DNA from: Octopus vulgaris
Taxonomy: Eukaryota
Assembly: GCA_951406725.2 (NCBI GenBank)
Contig: OX597821.1
Coordinates: forward strand, 95,542,001-95,606,000
Reading direction: 5' to 3'
Length of the DNA stretch: 64,000 nucleotides
Shown here piece by piece: positions 38,445 to 52,350 of this stretch. Each line of letters opens with the position of its first letter. The stretch's first letter is position 1. A program made the translations under genes and the position numbers. The notes beneath the pieces were generated by a model, which saw only the letters and a program-made list of their open reading frames with translations, did not search any database and was not told the origin of the DNA.

Positions 38445-38605
38445 TAAGATTCAAATCCAATAGGATTTAAAATTAAGATTCAAATCCAAGAGTAAAATCC
38501 AATAGTATTTAAAATTAAGATTCAAATCCAAGAGTAAAATCCAATAGTATTTAGAATTAAGATTCCAATACCTTGTGAGTAAAATCCAATAGTATTTAAA
38601 ATTGG
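38445..38605. repeat. ~42-bp tandem repeat (AAGATTCAAATCCAAGAGTAAAATCCAATAGTATTTAAAATT), 3-4 units
   Basis: Directly visible. Confidence 0.85.
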
Positions 38606-38694
38606 TCATTCCATGTATAGAGTTTGTACACAGTGCTATTGAATCAAGCGTTTTATATAAATATATAGTAGTTGTGATACCTGTGCTGGTGGCT

Positions 38695-39208
38695 TGTAGG
38701 GCCTCACTGAGGAAATGACGAAGACCGAGACCCCTGAGATATGCTGTTACTGTGAAGACCTGACAAATGAAATGAGTTCATGGCTTGCAGGACGGCCTGC
38801 TGTGCTGACCTTGGATCGTAGAGTGACCTGCCTTTCTTAAGGGGACCTAGTGAGTCAAGTATGTCAACATCAAAATAAAAATCAAATGGAAATTGTAGTT
38901 AAGACACCCGTGCCAGTGACATGTAAAAAGCACCGTCCGAACGTGGCAGATGCCAGCGCTGCCTGACTGGTGTGCATGTCAGTGACACATAAAAGCACCA
39001 ACCGATCGTGGTCGTTTGCCAGCCTTCCCTGGCCCCTGTGCCGGTGGCACGTAAAAAACACCCACTACACTCATGGAGTGGTTGGCGTCCAGCTGTAGAA
39101 ACACTTCCAAATCAGACTAGAGCCTGGTGCAGCCTCCATGGCTTACCAGACCCCGGTCGAATCGTCCAACCCATGCTAGCATGGAAAATGGACGTAAGAT
39201 GATGATGA
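38695..39208 (+). mobile_element. RTE LINE 3' end (ORF C-terminus remnant, 3' UTR, (GAT)n tail)
   Basis: GLTEEMT..R..RYAVTVKT-like remnant at about 38700-38765, then TGGCACGTAAAAAGCACC repeats and CCCATGCTAGCATGGAAAATGGACG(GAT)n. Confidence 0.7.
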
Positions 39209-42200
39209 TACACACAAGTAGAGACATGTTTAAGAAGTCAACTTTGCAATCATGTAATTCTGGGTTTCATCCCACAGCACTGAACCACACTTTATCACTG
39301 CTATGTAACTGAAACATTATAGAGCAGTATTTCTCAACCATTTTTTTTATCTTTGAACCCTTTTCATTCCTATTTTACTCGAATGGACCCTCCTAGCCAT
39401 ACAATGTTTTAAAAAAACTCATATTTTTAGAATTAAATATTATTAGAAATTGTATAAAAAGAAATTGTTAAAATATTCTGTTTTATAAAAGTATAACTAG
39501 TTTATTGCAGATAAATTCTAACAAGAAAATCTTATATGGATGCCCAAGGACTTTAAAAAAAAAATTGGTAGCCTGTTATATAAGAGATTTGACTTATTTT
39601 TTAACAGGTTCAGCAACTATGAAGCAGCTCTCTCATTGGCTTAAGATTTGTACAGGATATGAGTGTATGGAATATGGACATGTTAGTTGAGTGGTGATGA
39701 TAGTGGTATGTTTAGCTCCCAGTCAGCCTTGACTGAGTAGAACTATAATCAAAGACATTCTAGGTATGACCACACTGACTTTCCACGCATAATTTATTGC
39801 AAACTACATTATCCAATATGTCCGTCATTTAATTTTAGAGGTGATAGAGTGTAATTTCAGAGATTAGGCTGCTAATTCTAACAGCTTGTGTAGCCATGTA
39901 GAAACTCATACATTGGTTCATTTAAAATTTAATTTTAATTGGATATATTTTTTTTAGCAGGTCATTATTTGTCTCAAACTTTTTATTTTGTCTGTGAAGC
40001 ATAACATTGAGACCTGTGCCCCATCACTTGCGACGTCTTTCTAGAGCTGCCTCTCAAACAATCCTATCAGATTATCCAAACAGATAATCTCTAACAGACT
40101 ATCAGATTATTTCTAATTGCTGATAAATGTGATAGAATAAATTTTAAAAAAAAGTAGAGTTTTTAATTTATAAAAGAAAATTTCTGAAAGAATACCTTTT
40201 ATCGCTTACTTGTTTCAGTCAGTTAACTGCAGCCCTTAAAAGAGTTTTAGTGGAATAAATTGACCCAAGTACATTTTTTTAATCTAATATTTATCTCTTC
40301 TTTTGTTGAACTGCTAAGTTATGGGGACATAAACAAACAACACCAGTTGTCAAGCAGTGGTAGTGGGGTAAAGAGAGATATAAAGACATGCACAGAACAC
40401 ATACACGTGTATTTATGTGACAGGCTTCCATACAGTTTCTGTCAATCCAATTTACTTCCAAGGTATTGGTCAGCCCCAGGTTATAGATGACATTTTCTCA
40501 AGGTGCTGCACAGTAGGACTGAACCCAAAACCATGTGGTTTCAAAGTGAGTCTTTACCACACAACCATGCCTACACTTAGGAATATGAAGAGGTGTGTTG
40601 AATGTCTCAGATGTTAACTGAATTCTCATATATTTTTTAAAATATCCATCACAATATATTTTTCTTCAAAATAACCATGAGACTGTTTTTCTCTGCTTAA
40701 GGAACAGGTCTTAACCCTTTTGCTACTATATTTCGCCTTTACTTCAATTAATTTTAAAAATAATGAAGGACTTAGTGAAATAACTTCATTATTCACCTGG
40801 TGTTTGGAACCTAAATTAACACAAAATTTTGATTGAATATTTTATCTTAAGATGAATTTTGTATCATAGAACGACAAGCTGTTTCAGGCAGGTTGGTATC
40901 AAAAGGATTAGACCTTAGTCCTCACTTTATATCATGGCATGCAACACTGGATTTTGGTGTAGTGGGGATCTCAAATGTTTTATTCCAATGAAGACCTTTC
41001 ACAAGCCAACTGATTTTACTGACTGGCCTTATAATGCCAACATAATGTTTGTCAGCCTGACTGACTTCCCTCCCTAACTGAATCAATGGAGAAAGCATTA
41101 TTGTTAACTGAAAATCAATAGGTTGGTGTCTATGTTATCTTGATAGTGGAATCCTACTTGCACAAGATAAATACACCATGAAGAGGCATGTAATACAGAT
41201 ATCTTCCAATGGAAACGTGACATTAGCCTAATCTCTATTAGCAGCATTAGAGAGAAGTCCTCATATCATCATCATTCTAAAACAACCGCTTTTCTATGCT
41301 TGCACGGGTCAGACAGAATTTGCCAAGGCAGATTTTCTATGGCCAAATGCCCTTTCTGTCACCAACCCTCACCTGATTCCCAGTAAGGTAATCTTTACTC
41401 ATGGCCAGGCATGTTTTCCATGGAAGACTGGAAACAAGCAATGTTGCTTGTTGATGCCCACAATCATCACAAAGTCAAGACAAGGGTATATGTACATGCA
41501 CATAAACATAGGTACATATATACACATGATGGGCTTCTTTCAGTTTCCATCTATCAAGTCCAGTTACAAGGCTTTGGTTGGCCTGGGGATTTTATAGAAA
41601 ACACATGCCTAAGGTGCTATGCAGTGGGACCGAACCAAAGACCACATGGTTGGTAAGCAAGCTTCTTATTCACAAAGCTACACCTGCTCTGTGGCTGTGT
41701 AGTTTTTGCATGTAAGAAAGAAACAAAGAATGTGATTTTGGAGCTGTACTTGCTTGGCAAGGAACTTATTCTGAGAGTGTGTGTTGACGCTAAAAGAATT
41801 ACATAGAGGAAATCATGCCAACCATTTGAAAAGCAAAAACAACTGAGATTCCTTTCATTTCTTAATAGTATACATTATCAAGTGTCAAAAGATTTCATTG
41901 TACCTCTACAAACCAGTCACTGGAATGCAGCAGAATTGTGAAAGTGAACAGGTCACAGGAGTACATCAAATTTATTTGATTGTTACTTCAGTCGCAAATG
42001 GAGCAGAAAGTTTCTACAGTAATAGTCAGTGCTGCTGTCTCTCTACACTGATAGTGCAGTGTTACTAGCAAGTTGCAAGTATGAGCAGCTATTTTCCTTC
42101 TATTTGTACCAGTAATTTATAAGCTTATATATCTTATATATAAACCGAGGCAAAATCTGATTCCATGCTTTATCTAATATTACAGTACAAGAGAGCAAGT

Positions 42201-44283
42201 TATCTTAAATTGCTCTTTTTTTTATATATGAAACCAACCCTCACAAACACAGGATTTCCATGTTTCCCAGAAATGGCTGGGAAAGTACTGATCATTCTGT
42301 AATTTATTCATATCCATTTACATTTCAAAATGAAATTCTGGGAACAATGATTCTATCGTTCCATCTCCCAAAGCTAACAAAGCATCAGTAGTAAAGCAAG
42401 GTTGATTCCATCAACTATAATCAACTGCAAATTTGTGACATTGTGCCAATGTGAGAAATCAATATGGAACCAAAAAAGTAACAGCTGTCCCCTGTTTCTA
42501 AACTTAATATTCACGTACAACACAATCAAACAGTCCCACAGATTCAGAATTCTGTTCTACAACAACTGTGTTTTAAGTATGATTTTGTAAGGAAATGATA
42601 TCTGAACTCCACACCATGTAAGAATAGGACAGGATGAAACAAAATATGGTTGAAGTTTTAATCATGCAACAAGTAAAATATATATTAAATTCATTTGATA
42701 AACTTATACAGAGTGAAACATATGGCCATCTGTAATGAATCATTTTTATTTTTATTTAATGCAAGATCTTATCTTTTAGTTGTTTCAGTTATTGAACTGT
42801 AATTATACTGGGGCACTAGTTTGAAGGGTTTAGTGAAACAAATTAACACCCTGGACTTGCAAGCTTCTCCCAGTTCCCCTCTTCAAAATTCATTCACAAG
42901 GCTCTGGTTGGCTTGAGGCTATTAGAAGGTACTTCCAAAGTGTCATGCAGTGGTACTGAACCCCAAGACAATGCAGGTGGGAAGCAAACTTCTCACTACA
43001 CAGCCAAGCCTGCACTCATAAAAGAAGCATTATTTGCAACCACAATGAAACTCAAACACACAATCTTCCAATTCAAAGTCAGATACCTTGTCTAACCCCA
43101 TCTTCACTCCTTAATTTGAGAATAACTCCAAGTTCATATCTAGCTGTTCAAATATTGAATTTCCAATATTTGGTATGGGTTGGACAAGTCTTTCAGTAAC
43201 TTGTCATAGTCTGGATGTATATGATGCCACTGACACAAGAGAGATCGTCTGTAACAAGACAAAAGAATCTTCTCTACTCTGTATAATTTTCTTCTTTTAA
43301 TTCAGAGTTACTGGTCTCTTGGGTAGCTTACCAGTCCTGCAGCTTGCAGAGTAGACATCTCTGTTTTTTCATTCTCTTTCTGGTATGATTTCTAAAGCTG
43401 GATGCCCTTCCTATCACCAATCATTCTACAGTCCTGACTGTAAAGTAGTTGGTGGTATGAAGAGTATACGGAATGATTTTATTAACCACTAGATGCTTAA
43501 ACTAAACTCTTAGTTCACAAACAAGGGCTCCTGATTTGAATCCAGTAAATTGCAACAGAATACAACACTTAATGAAAACCGGAGATCAGTTCTGTTAAAA
43601 CATGGATGTAAATATCACCTCTAAAAAAAAAAAAAAACTAATAGTCCTAAAATTTATAATCTTATTAACAAAATTTCATTTCAGATATTTAGGTATTTTA
43701 TCAAGCTAAATCTATATTTATTGGCATTTAAAAGTGTTGTTTTAAATGCATTTATACACACTTTTTTCATAAAATCTTTTAAAAATACTACTTAATATTA
43801 GTTTCAGAACATTTATATTTTTAGTGTAATATATGTTGATTTTTGATGAATCAACTGTACTGTTACTGTTGTACAACAACCTTAATCCTAAATACTGCCA
43901 TACATTTACTCCAACACTCTGCTGTTACAGTATTCCAATACCTTCCAATATATAATACTTTGAATTAGGCTAGCCTCTGGTGAAGTCACTGTGATTTCAC
44001 ATCATTATTCAGATCTTATCAATAGTGCTGTGCTGCATTTGTAGTCAAAAACAGACTGTGGAGTACAGTACTTGTGGAGCTCCTAAATATTCAATGAAAG
44101 CCCATTTAAATAAATTCAATCTGAGATTAATCAACAATAAAGACAATTTTGTAATCCCAGTAGCTATGAGGTTACATTACTAATACCATGGTCACCAACT
44201 CCAGCCCTGCAACTGCTAACAATACCACAACTCAGAAATAGGTAAAGTAATTTAGAAAGAGTAATAGAATAAATCAAGTTTAA

Positions 44284-44503
44284 CCCTTTAGTGTTTAAAC
44301 CGGCCATATCCAGCCAAAATATTCTACCTGTTTTATGTTCAAACTAGTCAGATATGGTCATTCATAGCTATCTTATTGTGTCATTTTAAAAATAAACAAT
44401 CACATCATTGAAATCTCAAAGCCATGAAATGATGCAAGATTAATTTTACATGGTGTGAATACATAAGCTTTACATTTGACAGAATAATCTGAATACTAAA
44501 GGG
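44284..44503. mobile_element. piggyBac-like MITE
   Basis: TTAA|CCCTTTAGTGTTT...AATACTAAAGGG|TAA termini. Confidence 0.7.
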
Positions 44504-45135
44504 TAAGACTAGTCATTGGGAACAGCCAGCAATGGTGACTTTGACATATGAAACACAATCAGGACAGACAGATGAGTAAAAGGTACATTTCTATGAGCTC
44601 CTCAAGTAAACTACTTCAATAACACAATCCAATAATTGCATTAATCACTGACTTGGATTTGTGATTTTAACAGACACACTAGGTAACACCGTGATGTCTA
44701 TCTGGATGTACATGGAAAATATTGTTATATGTTAGTTAGTTAGTTAGTTAATTTTTGGCTCAAAAAGCAAAAAGCAAGGCCATGTAGGGGGACATGGAGT
44801 TATGTACAGGGTGGTGTTCATGTAAAGAGTTCAGGCCACTTGTGGTCAAGGGAGACTTTGAACCGAGCGGTAGTCGGCATATAACCTGGAATGAAGAAGG
44901 ATCAAAGCTCTGAGGGTTCTGTAATGCAAATGACCTAGCCATTTTTGCAACATTAACCTCAGGAAACCAACCAGCCACTTGAGCACCCATCACTCAAACA
45001 ACATATGTTAGATAAACTTCATACTCACTGTGAAACAAACAAAAAAAAAAACATTCCGAATACTAATTTTTTTTTTTTTTTTCAAGTGAAGAATGCACCA
45101 CTCAACACAGACACACAGACTAGTAATCAGTTTAT

Positions 45136-45355
45136 CCCTTTCGTTACTAACACGGCTGAAACCGGCTCTTGCTTTGAGTACAAATGTCTTGTTTTCATAA
45201 ATTTTGGATTAAAATCTTCCGCTAAACCTTAGTCACAATTTATGTTCCTAACACTAGCAGAATGATAACTAAGTTATTTTACTAAATTTTTTGCTATATT
45301 TAAAGTAACTGAAAGAAACACAGAGCATCTCAAAATAAATACAGTAACGAAAGGG
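45136..45355. mobile_element. piggyBac-like MITE, second family
   Basis: CCCTTTCGTTACT...AGTAACGAAAGGG|TTAA. Same internal sequence as 54108-54319. Confidence 0.78.
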
Positions 45356-45906
45356 TTAAGAGGTAGATGGACCCAAAGACAGAAGACAATCTGGTTAAGG
45401 AAGCTATTACAGCTGAAAGAGCCCTAGGTCACACAGATTCAAAGAAATATTAGGTAGCAAATAGATGTGTCATAAAATAGACGGAATTAGAGATTTATAG
45501 CACAGAACACAATTGTGAGTTTTTATAAGACAATCTGATGCAGGCAACAGATGAGATATGTGGAGCAAGATTCGAGCAAGGCTGGATAGAAACAAAGTGA
45601 TAGAATAATAATAGAGTTGATAGAACCATGAAAGCAAAGAGACATAGTCTTTGAAAGTATGGCAGTGGGTAATTAAAAGAATAATATCAAATAAATAGAT
45701 GAGAATCTAAACAGCAGGTAACTAGTTAGGAGAGCTTTGACAATGTTCTGCAACATGCAAATCCAAAGTATAAGGTGTTACAGATGGCAAAGCAGTAGTT
45801 AGGTATTATTATTATTATTATTACACTATATTGGTGCTCTAGTAATGATAATAATAATAATAATAATAATTATGATAATAATAATAATAATAACAATAAT
45901 AATAAT

Positions 45907-46393
45907 ATTGTTGTGAAAGACCAAAACAATAAAGTTTGCTTATTGATCGACATGAGCATCCCCTGTGATCATAATATCTCAGCGAAAGAGTTTGACAAGC
46001 TCAGAAAATATAAAGACCTACTCATTGAAATTGAGAAAATGTGGCATCTCAAGGCGGTTACAATACCAGTGATCGTAGGAGCACTAGGAATGATCAAGAA
46101 GGGAACCGAAAATTATATGAGAATGATCCCTGGCTTACCATCCCTGCAAGAAGTGCAAAAGATTGTCTTAACTGGTACATCACATGTATTGAGAAGAGCA
46201 TTGTCGATGTGAGAACTGTTGCTGCTCATGTATTTTAATTTAACTTTAAAAAAAAAAAAAATTAAAAAAAAATAAACGAACTACTGAGTTTGGTTTAATG
46301 GCTTACCAATGTATACTATGAGTTTCTTTGCCCTAGGAGTCGGGAAGACACTCGGCAAGAAATGGAAGCAAATTTGAAAGAAGAAAAAAAAAG
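45907..46393 (+). mobile_element. R4/Dong-clade non-LTR retrotransposon 3' end (restriction-like endonuclease domain and 3' UTR)
   Basis: IVVKD...CLLIDMSIP.D.NI..KE.DKL.KYKDL..EIEKMW...TIPVIVGALG...QKIVL.GT.HVLRR with an intact frame to 46212. (AAT)n on both sides. Confidence 0.85.
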
Positions 46394-46452
46394 TAATAAT
46401 AATAATAATGATAATAATAATAATAATGATAATAATAATGATGATAATAATA

Positions 46453-46543
<91 letters not shown>

Positions 46544-46766
46544 TAATGATAATAATAATAATGATAATAATAATAATGATAATAATAATAATAATGATAA
46601 TAATGATAATAATAATAATAATAATAATGATAATAATAATAATAATGATAATAATGATAATAATAATAATAATAATAATGATAATAATAATAATAATGAT
46701 AATAATGATAATAATAATAATAATAATGATAATAATAATAATAATGATAATAATGATAATAATAAT
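46394..46766. repeat. ~370-bp interrupted (AAT)n/(GAT) microsatellite
   Basis: Directly visible. It is the source of the poly-N and poly-I ORFs. Confidence 0.97.
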
Positions 46767-48051
46767 CCTTTCTACAATAGGCACAAGACCTGAAATTTTG
46801 AGGAAGGGGGATAGCTGATTACATTGACCCCAGTATTTCACTGGTACTTTTTTTTCATCAATCCTGAAAGGATGAAAGGCAAAGTCAGCTTAGGCGGAAT
46901 TTGAACTCAGAACGTAAAGACAGACAAAATACAGCTAAGCATTTCGCCTGGTGTGCTAACAATTCTGCCAGCTCACCACCTTAACAATAATAATAATAAT
47001 AATAAAAATAATAATAATAATAATGCAATTAAGTGAGGCCCATGGTTCTGCCTGCTTTGGTTTTGTTTTGGATGACATTAAAAAAACAGGTTCCACCACT
47101 ATTTCATAGTTGAGAGATTAGAAACACAAAAAGCATTAGGGTGTTAAAACAAGAAAATAATTTGCTTTAACAAATAAAGCATACAAGTGTGGAGAAACAA
47201 TTACGGAAAAACAATTACGGAAAACAAAAACAAGACTGTTCCAGGAACATGAGAGTTTGGCTATTACAACATTTGAGTGTTTGTTCAACTATTACAACCA
47301 TTTTTTAAAATTTCTATTATCTTTCACAATAAATGGTAAACAAAATTTTTTATTTATATATATATATATATATCATTTAACGTCCGTTCTCCATGCTAGC
47401 ATGGGTTGGACGGTTCAAACTGGGGTCTGGGAAGCCAGAAGGCTGCACCAGGCCCAGTGTGATCTGGCAATGATTCTACGGCTGGATGCCCTCCCTAACG
47501 CCAACCACTCTGAGAGTGTAGTGGGTGCGTTTTACGTGCCACCGGCACAGGGGCCAGGAGAGGCTGGCAAACGGCCACGATCGGATGGTGCTTTTTACGT
47601 GCCACCGGCATGAGTATATATATATATATATATATATATAAATATATAAATCAGCATCATTTAGTCTGCTTTCCATGCTTGGTGGTTTGACTGGAGCTGG
47701 TAAGCCAGAGAGCCGCACCAAGTTCCAGTCTCATTTGGCATGGTTCCTACAGCTAGATGCCCTTCCTAATGCCAACCAATCTAAAAGTGTAATGGGTGCT
47801 ATTTACATGCCACCAGCATAGGTGCTTTCACATACCACCAGCATGGGTCCCAGTTACATAACACCAGCAGTTACAAATATTAATATATACAAAGATGTGG
47901 CTGTGTGGTAAGAAGCTTCCTCTTAACCACATGGCCCTGGGTTCAGTCCCACTGTGTAGCACCTTGGGCAAGTGTCTTCTACTACAACCTTGGGCTGACC
48001 AAAGGTGATGCCCCAACATGACCTCAGTCTAATGATTGAAACATAAAAGAT

Positions 48052-48083
<32 letters not shown>

Positions 48084-48303
48084 TATATATATATACACAT
48101 ACATACATACATACATACACACACACACAATTTATTAAACTGCAATTTAGTAAAAAGATGTGGTGTTCCAATAGGTAGTCTAATGATCAACCCCCTTTCT
48201 GCTTTCTACAGATACATACATATGCAAATATATATGTAAAACATTAAAAATACACACAAAATAAAACATAAAATACAGAAATTTAAGAAAAATTAAAACA
48301 TAC

Positions 48304-48334
48304 CCTTTACTTTTGTTGTCATTTTTTAATTCCT
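48304..48334 (-). CDS. ARFGEF1: BIG1/BIG2-like Arf-GEF, 31-nt coding micro-exon (probable exon 2): (E)ELKNDNKSK(G)
   Basis: Minus strand reads poly-T..gcag|AG GAA TTA AAA AAT GAC AAC AAA AGT AAA GG|gtatgt. It ends in phase 2, which fits the single leading A of the exon starting at 27463 (GG+A = Gly). It resembles vertebrate BIG1 EEIKAETEKQS. Confidence 0.8.
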
Positions 48335-50074
48335 CTGCAAAAAAAAAAAAAAAAAAAATTAAATTAACAAAGAATACACAAAATATTTAACATTAATAAT
48401 TAAAATGTTAATTTTCTAAATATAAGAAACATTAATGAAATGTTAATGCCTTTGACATCAAATTAGCAGCTGAATTCAGGAATATTCAAAGAATTCTAGC
48501 AACTCTGCAACATATTTTGTAATTATCAAAACGATATCAGAAGATAATGAGTAAGAGTAATGAAATGACTTGTATGGAACTAAATAATTATTTAATCATT
48601 TATTTAATTACTGAAGTAATTAAAGCTGTACTTATGCCAGTCAGCTCTCCATCTGACAAAATATTACTTAGAAGAAAGCAGACATTTTAATATAGAATCC
48701 TTCTCAAGTTTCTAACATTTTGAGGTAGTCGTCTTTTTCACAGTTGCTTGCTTTGTATGTTTCTCTTTTACTCTTTTACTTGTTTCAGTCATTTGACTGC
48801 GGCCATGCTGGAGCATTGCCTTTAGTCGAGCAACTCGACCCCGGGACTTATTCTTTGTAAGCCCAGTACTTATTCTATCGGTCTCTTTTGCCAAACCACT
48901 AAGTGACGGGGACATAAACACACCAGCATCGGTTGTCAAGCAATGCTAGGGGGACAAACACAGACACACAAACATATATATATATATATGGGGAGCCCAA
49001 AGGCCTGGTGCAGCCTTTGGGCTCCCCAGACCCCAGTTGAACCGTCCAACCCATGCTAGCATGGAAAACGGACGCTAAATGATGATGATGATGATGATGA
49101 CATATATACGATGAGCTTCTTTCAGTTTCCATCTACCAAATCCACTCAAGGCTTTGGTCGGCCCGAGGCTATAGTAGAAGACACTTGCCCAAGGTGCCAC
49201 GCAGTGGGACGGAACCCGGAACCATGTGGTTGGTAAGCAAGCTACTTACCACACAGCCACTCCTGCACCTTGTATGTTCTTAATATCAGGAGTGAATGGT
49301 GTCTGCAGCTTGGCTCTAATCAGACCCACCCACCATAGTAAAGTCAGAAAGGAGGTTCCAGATGAATAGCAAACTCCCAACAGAAGAACGACTCACACTG
49401 CATTATCAATTACTCATTTCAATGATTCTTTCTAGCAATAGCTTTCCTTGTATATGAGAAAGCAGCCACAGTGTGTGTGTGTGTGTGTGTAACAGGAAAT
49501 CTCAAAGCAGATAATGCTGTAAATAACAGCATATAAATATTGGGTTGAAATTTAAAAAAAAACCATTGGATAGAAAAGTTGAGGGCTGACCATAAGACTC
49601 AAACCCACATCTTCCGAAAACAGGGCAGACATTCTACCATTACTATGATATCATATATATATATATATATATATATAAGGCACAGGAGTGGCTGTGTGGT
49701 AAGTAGCTTGTTTACCAACCACATGGTTCCGGGTTCAGTCCCACTGCGTGGCACCTTGGGCAAGTGTCTACTATAGCCTCGGGCCAACCAAACCCTTGTG
49801 AGTGGATTTGGTAGACGGAAACTGAAAGAAGCCTGTCAAATATATATATGTGTGTGTGTGTTTGTGTGTGTGTGTTTGTCCCCCTAGAATTGCTTGACAA
49901 CCGATGCTGGTGTGTTTATGTCCCCGTTACTTAGCGGTTCGGCAAAAGAGACTGATAGAATAAGTACTGGGCTTACAAAAGAATAAGCCCTGGGGTCGAG
50001 TTGCTCGATTAAAGGTGGTGCTCCAGCATGGCCACAGTCAAATGACTGAAACAAGTAAAAGAGTAAAAGAGAGA

Positions 50075-50115
<41 letters not shown>

Positions 50116-50177
50116 ATTTATTTATTTATTTATTTATCTAGTTTCAGCTCACAAGCTGTGGCCATGCTGGGGCACCA

Positions 50178-50221
<44 letters not shown>

Positions 50222-50829
50222 TATGTTGTTGATTTTTAAGCTCTAACCACTTCCTCTAATAAACAACTAGTGAGGGGGGGGGGCTTCCTTGAATAGATCA
50301 AATGTATTAACTGTAACCAGCAGCTATTGTTAACCTTTAGCTTCAATGTGTATAAAAATAACCTCTGAATCAAAATTAAAACATCTCAACCTCTTCCCCA
50401 CTCACTCATTCCATAAAGAATTCTCAATTAAAAGTACAACTATTTCAAACATTTACTTCCAAACACCTCTGCAGGCTGCAGTATTTTCCTGAAAGCAACA
50501 CAGTCCAAGTTATTTTCAGTGCTGTTACACAACTTTTCCAGACAATATCTTCTACTAATGAATTTTCTAACTTGAAATTTGCTAATTTCACTGGCTTCAT
50601 TGAATAGAATTTTATTCAAACAGGCAAGAAAAAATTTTTTTTTTTTTTCCTTTCTTGAGAAAGCCAACAGAAATAGTTCTAACCATTCCTGATTTGCAGA
50701 AATTATCACAAAATTCATTCAGAGTTGCCAGTTGGTACCATTTAGAATGTCAACTCCATACAACTCATTTTATCCCTAATCATCCATCCCAGCTACATGC
50801 GTGTATATTTATCAGTTGAGAGCTAAGCC

Positions 50830-51412
50830 ATCATCATCATCGTTTAACATCCGCTTTCCATGATAGCATGGGTTGAACAATTTGACTGAGGTCCGGTGAA
50901 CCAGATGGCTGCACCAGACTCCAATCTGATCTGGCAGAGTTTCTACAGCTTGATGCCCTTCCTGACGCCAACCATGCCAAGAGTGTAGTGAGTGCTTTTA
51001 CGTGCCACCAACATGAGGGCCAGTCAGGCAGTACTGGCAAAGGCCACGCTCAAATGGTGCTTTGTATGTGCCACCTGCACTGGCAATGACTTCGCTGGAA
51101 TGTTTTTCACATGCCACCAGCACAAGTCCTAGTAAGGCAACGCAGGTAACCATCACGCTCGAATGGTGCTTTTAACGTGCCATCGGCACGGAGGCCAGCT
51201 TTTTGCTCTGGCAATAATCTCACTCGTATTGTACTCTTAGCGCTCCACTAGCACGGATGCCAGTCATTGAATTTGATTTCGATTTCACTTGCCTCAACAA
51301 GTCTTCGCAGGCAGAGTTTAGTGTCCAATGAAGGAAAGGCACACATAAGTGGACTGGTTACACCCCTGGCATAGTCCACAAGGTTATGGTCTCATTTGCG
51401 CTTGCCAAGTCT
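50830..51412 (-). mobile_element. Long RTE 3'-UTR copy, representative of many 5'-truncated copies (about 1-120, 3378-3520, 4918-5033, 7355-7525, 25783-26012, 36762-37047, 47372-47610, 48990-49098, 57838-58073, 59968-60290, 61978-62153, 63375-63558)
   Basis: Recurring CATCATCGTTTAACGTCCG.TTTCCATGCTAGCATGGGTTGGACG...GGATGCCCTTCCTAACGCCAACCAC. The same 3' end is attached to the RT at 34021-35355. Confidence 0.8.
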
Positions 51413-52350
51413 CATGATTCTATAAATAAGAAGCCATGATTCTAAAAAAATAATTTTGAGATGTCACCAGCTGGTGCCAAGAAACGGAAGAAAAAAAAAG
51501 CATCTAAATACACTTTATAAAGTGGCATTAGGAAGGGCATCTAGAAGCAGAAATTATGCCTAAGAAAACACTGGAGCATGATGCAGTCCTAAGAATCATT
51601 GAATCCTGTCAAATGACCCAACCTATGCCTGCATGGAACATAGACATTTTAAAGATGATTATGATAATGACCTGCATGTTCAGATGTTACAGAACAGACA
51701 TTTGATACGTGTTTGTAGGCTACATACAAGGATTTAATGAGAGATAAAAAGACCAAATGGTCAGATTATCGATTAACTAGACTAAATGCCCTTGAGTTAC
51801 TAGTTCAAAACAACAACCACTATTCCACTGAATCTCTTTGTAGGTTGCTTTATGCGTAACTGCCAGCAACAGACTATAGAATAAGAGGAAAACGAGCCAC
51901 AACAGACTAGGATCTTGTTTAGAATGTTATGGGGGGAAGGGGTCCCACATCAACTTTGCAAAAACTAGAGTTAAATACCAGGCTCTGTCTAGGTTTGCCA
52001 GGCTTCCTTCCTGCACGTCATGGTCCTTGGATCCATAAACTAACTTCAGTAATTGATAAAGAGTGTAGATAATGCACAACTGCATTATGAAATTAATGAC
52101 AATATATGAATGAAATTAGGTCAATGTAATGACATTTTCTTTTTCAAGTCCCAATGAAATACGAGGACAAAGCCCTTAGCTTTTGTCTGATATTCAGAAT
52201 TTGTGAAGCAATTGCAGTTAACGATTAGCTTCAATGGCTTCATGTGGTTGGTGTTCAGTTTTGAGAAACACACACACAGTACAATTCTAGTACAGATCAC
52301 CAGCATATGCTCTCTCTCTTTCTCTGTATATGTATGTGCATATATATATA

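Noticed and set aside
44729-44995. Segment with a (GTTA)n end and a 77-aa minus-strand ORF, possibly a LINE 3' end
   Set aside because: No motif I can assign with confidence.
46281-46841. Long poly-Ile, poly-Asn and Met/Ile ORFs
   Set aside because: They are translations of the (AAT/GAT)n microsatellite.
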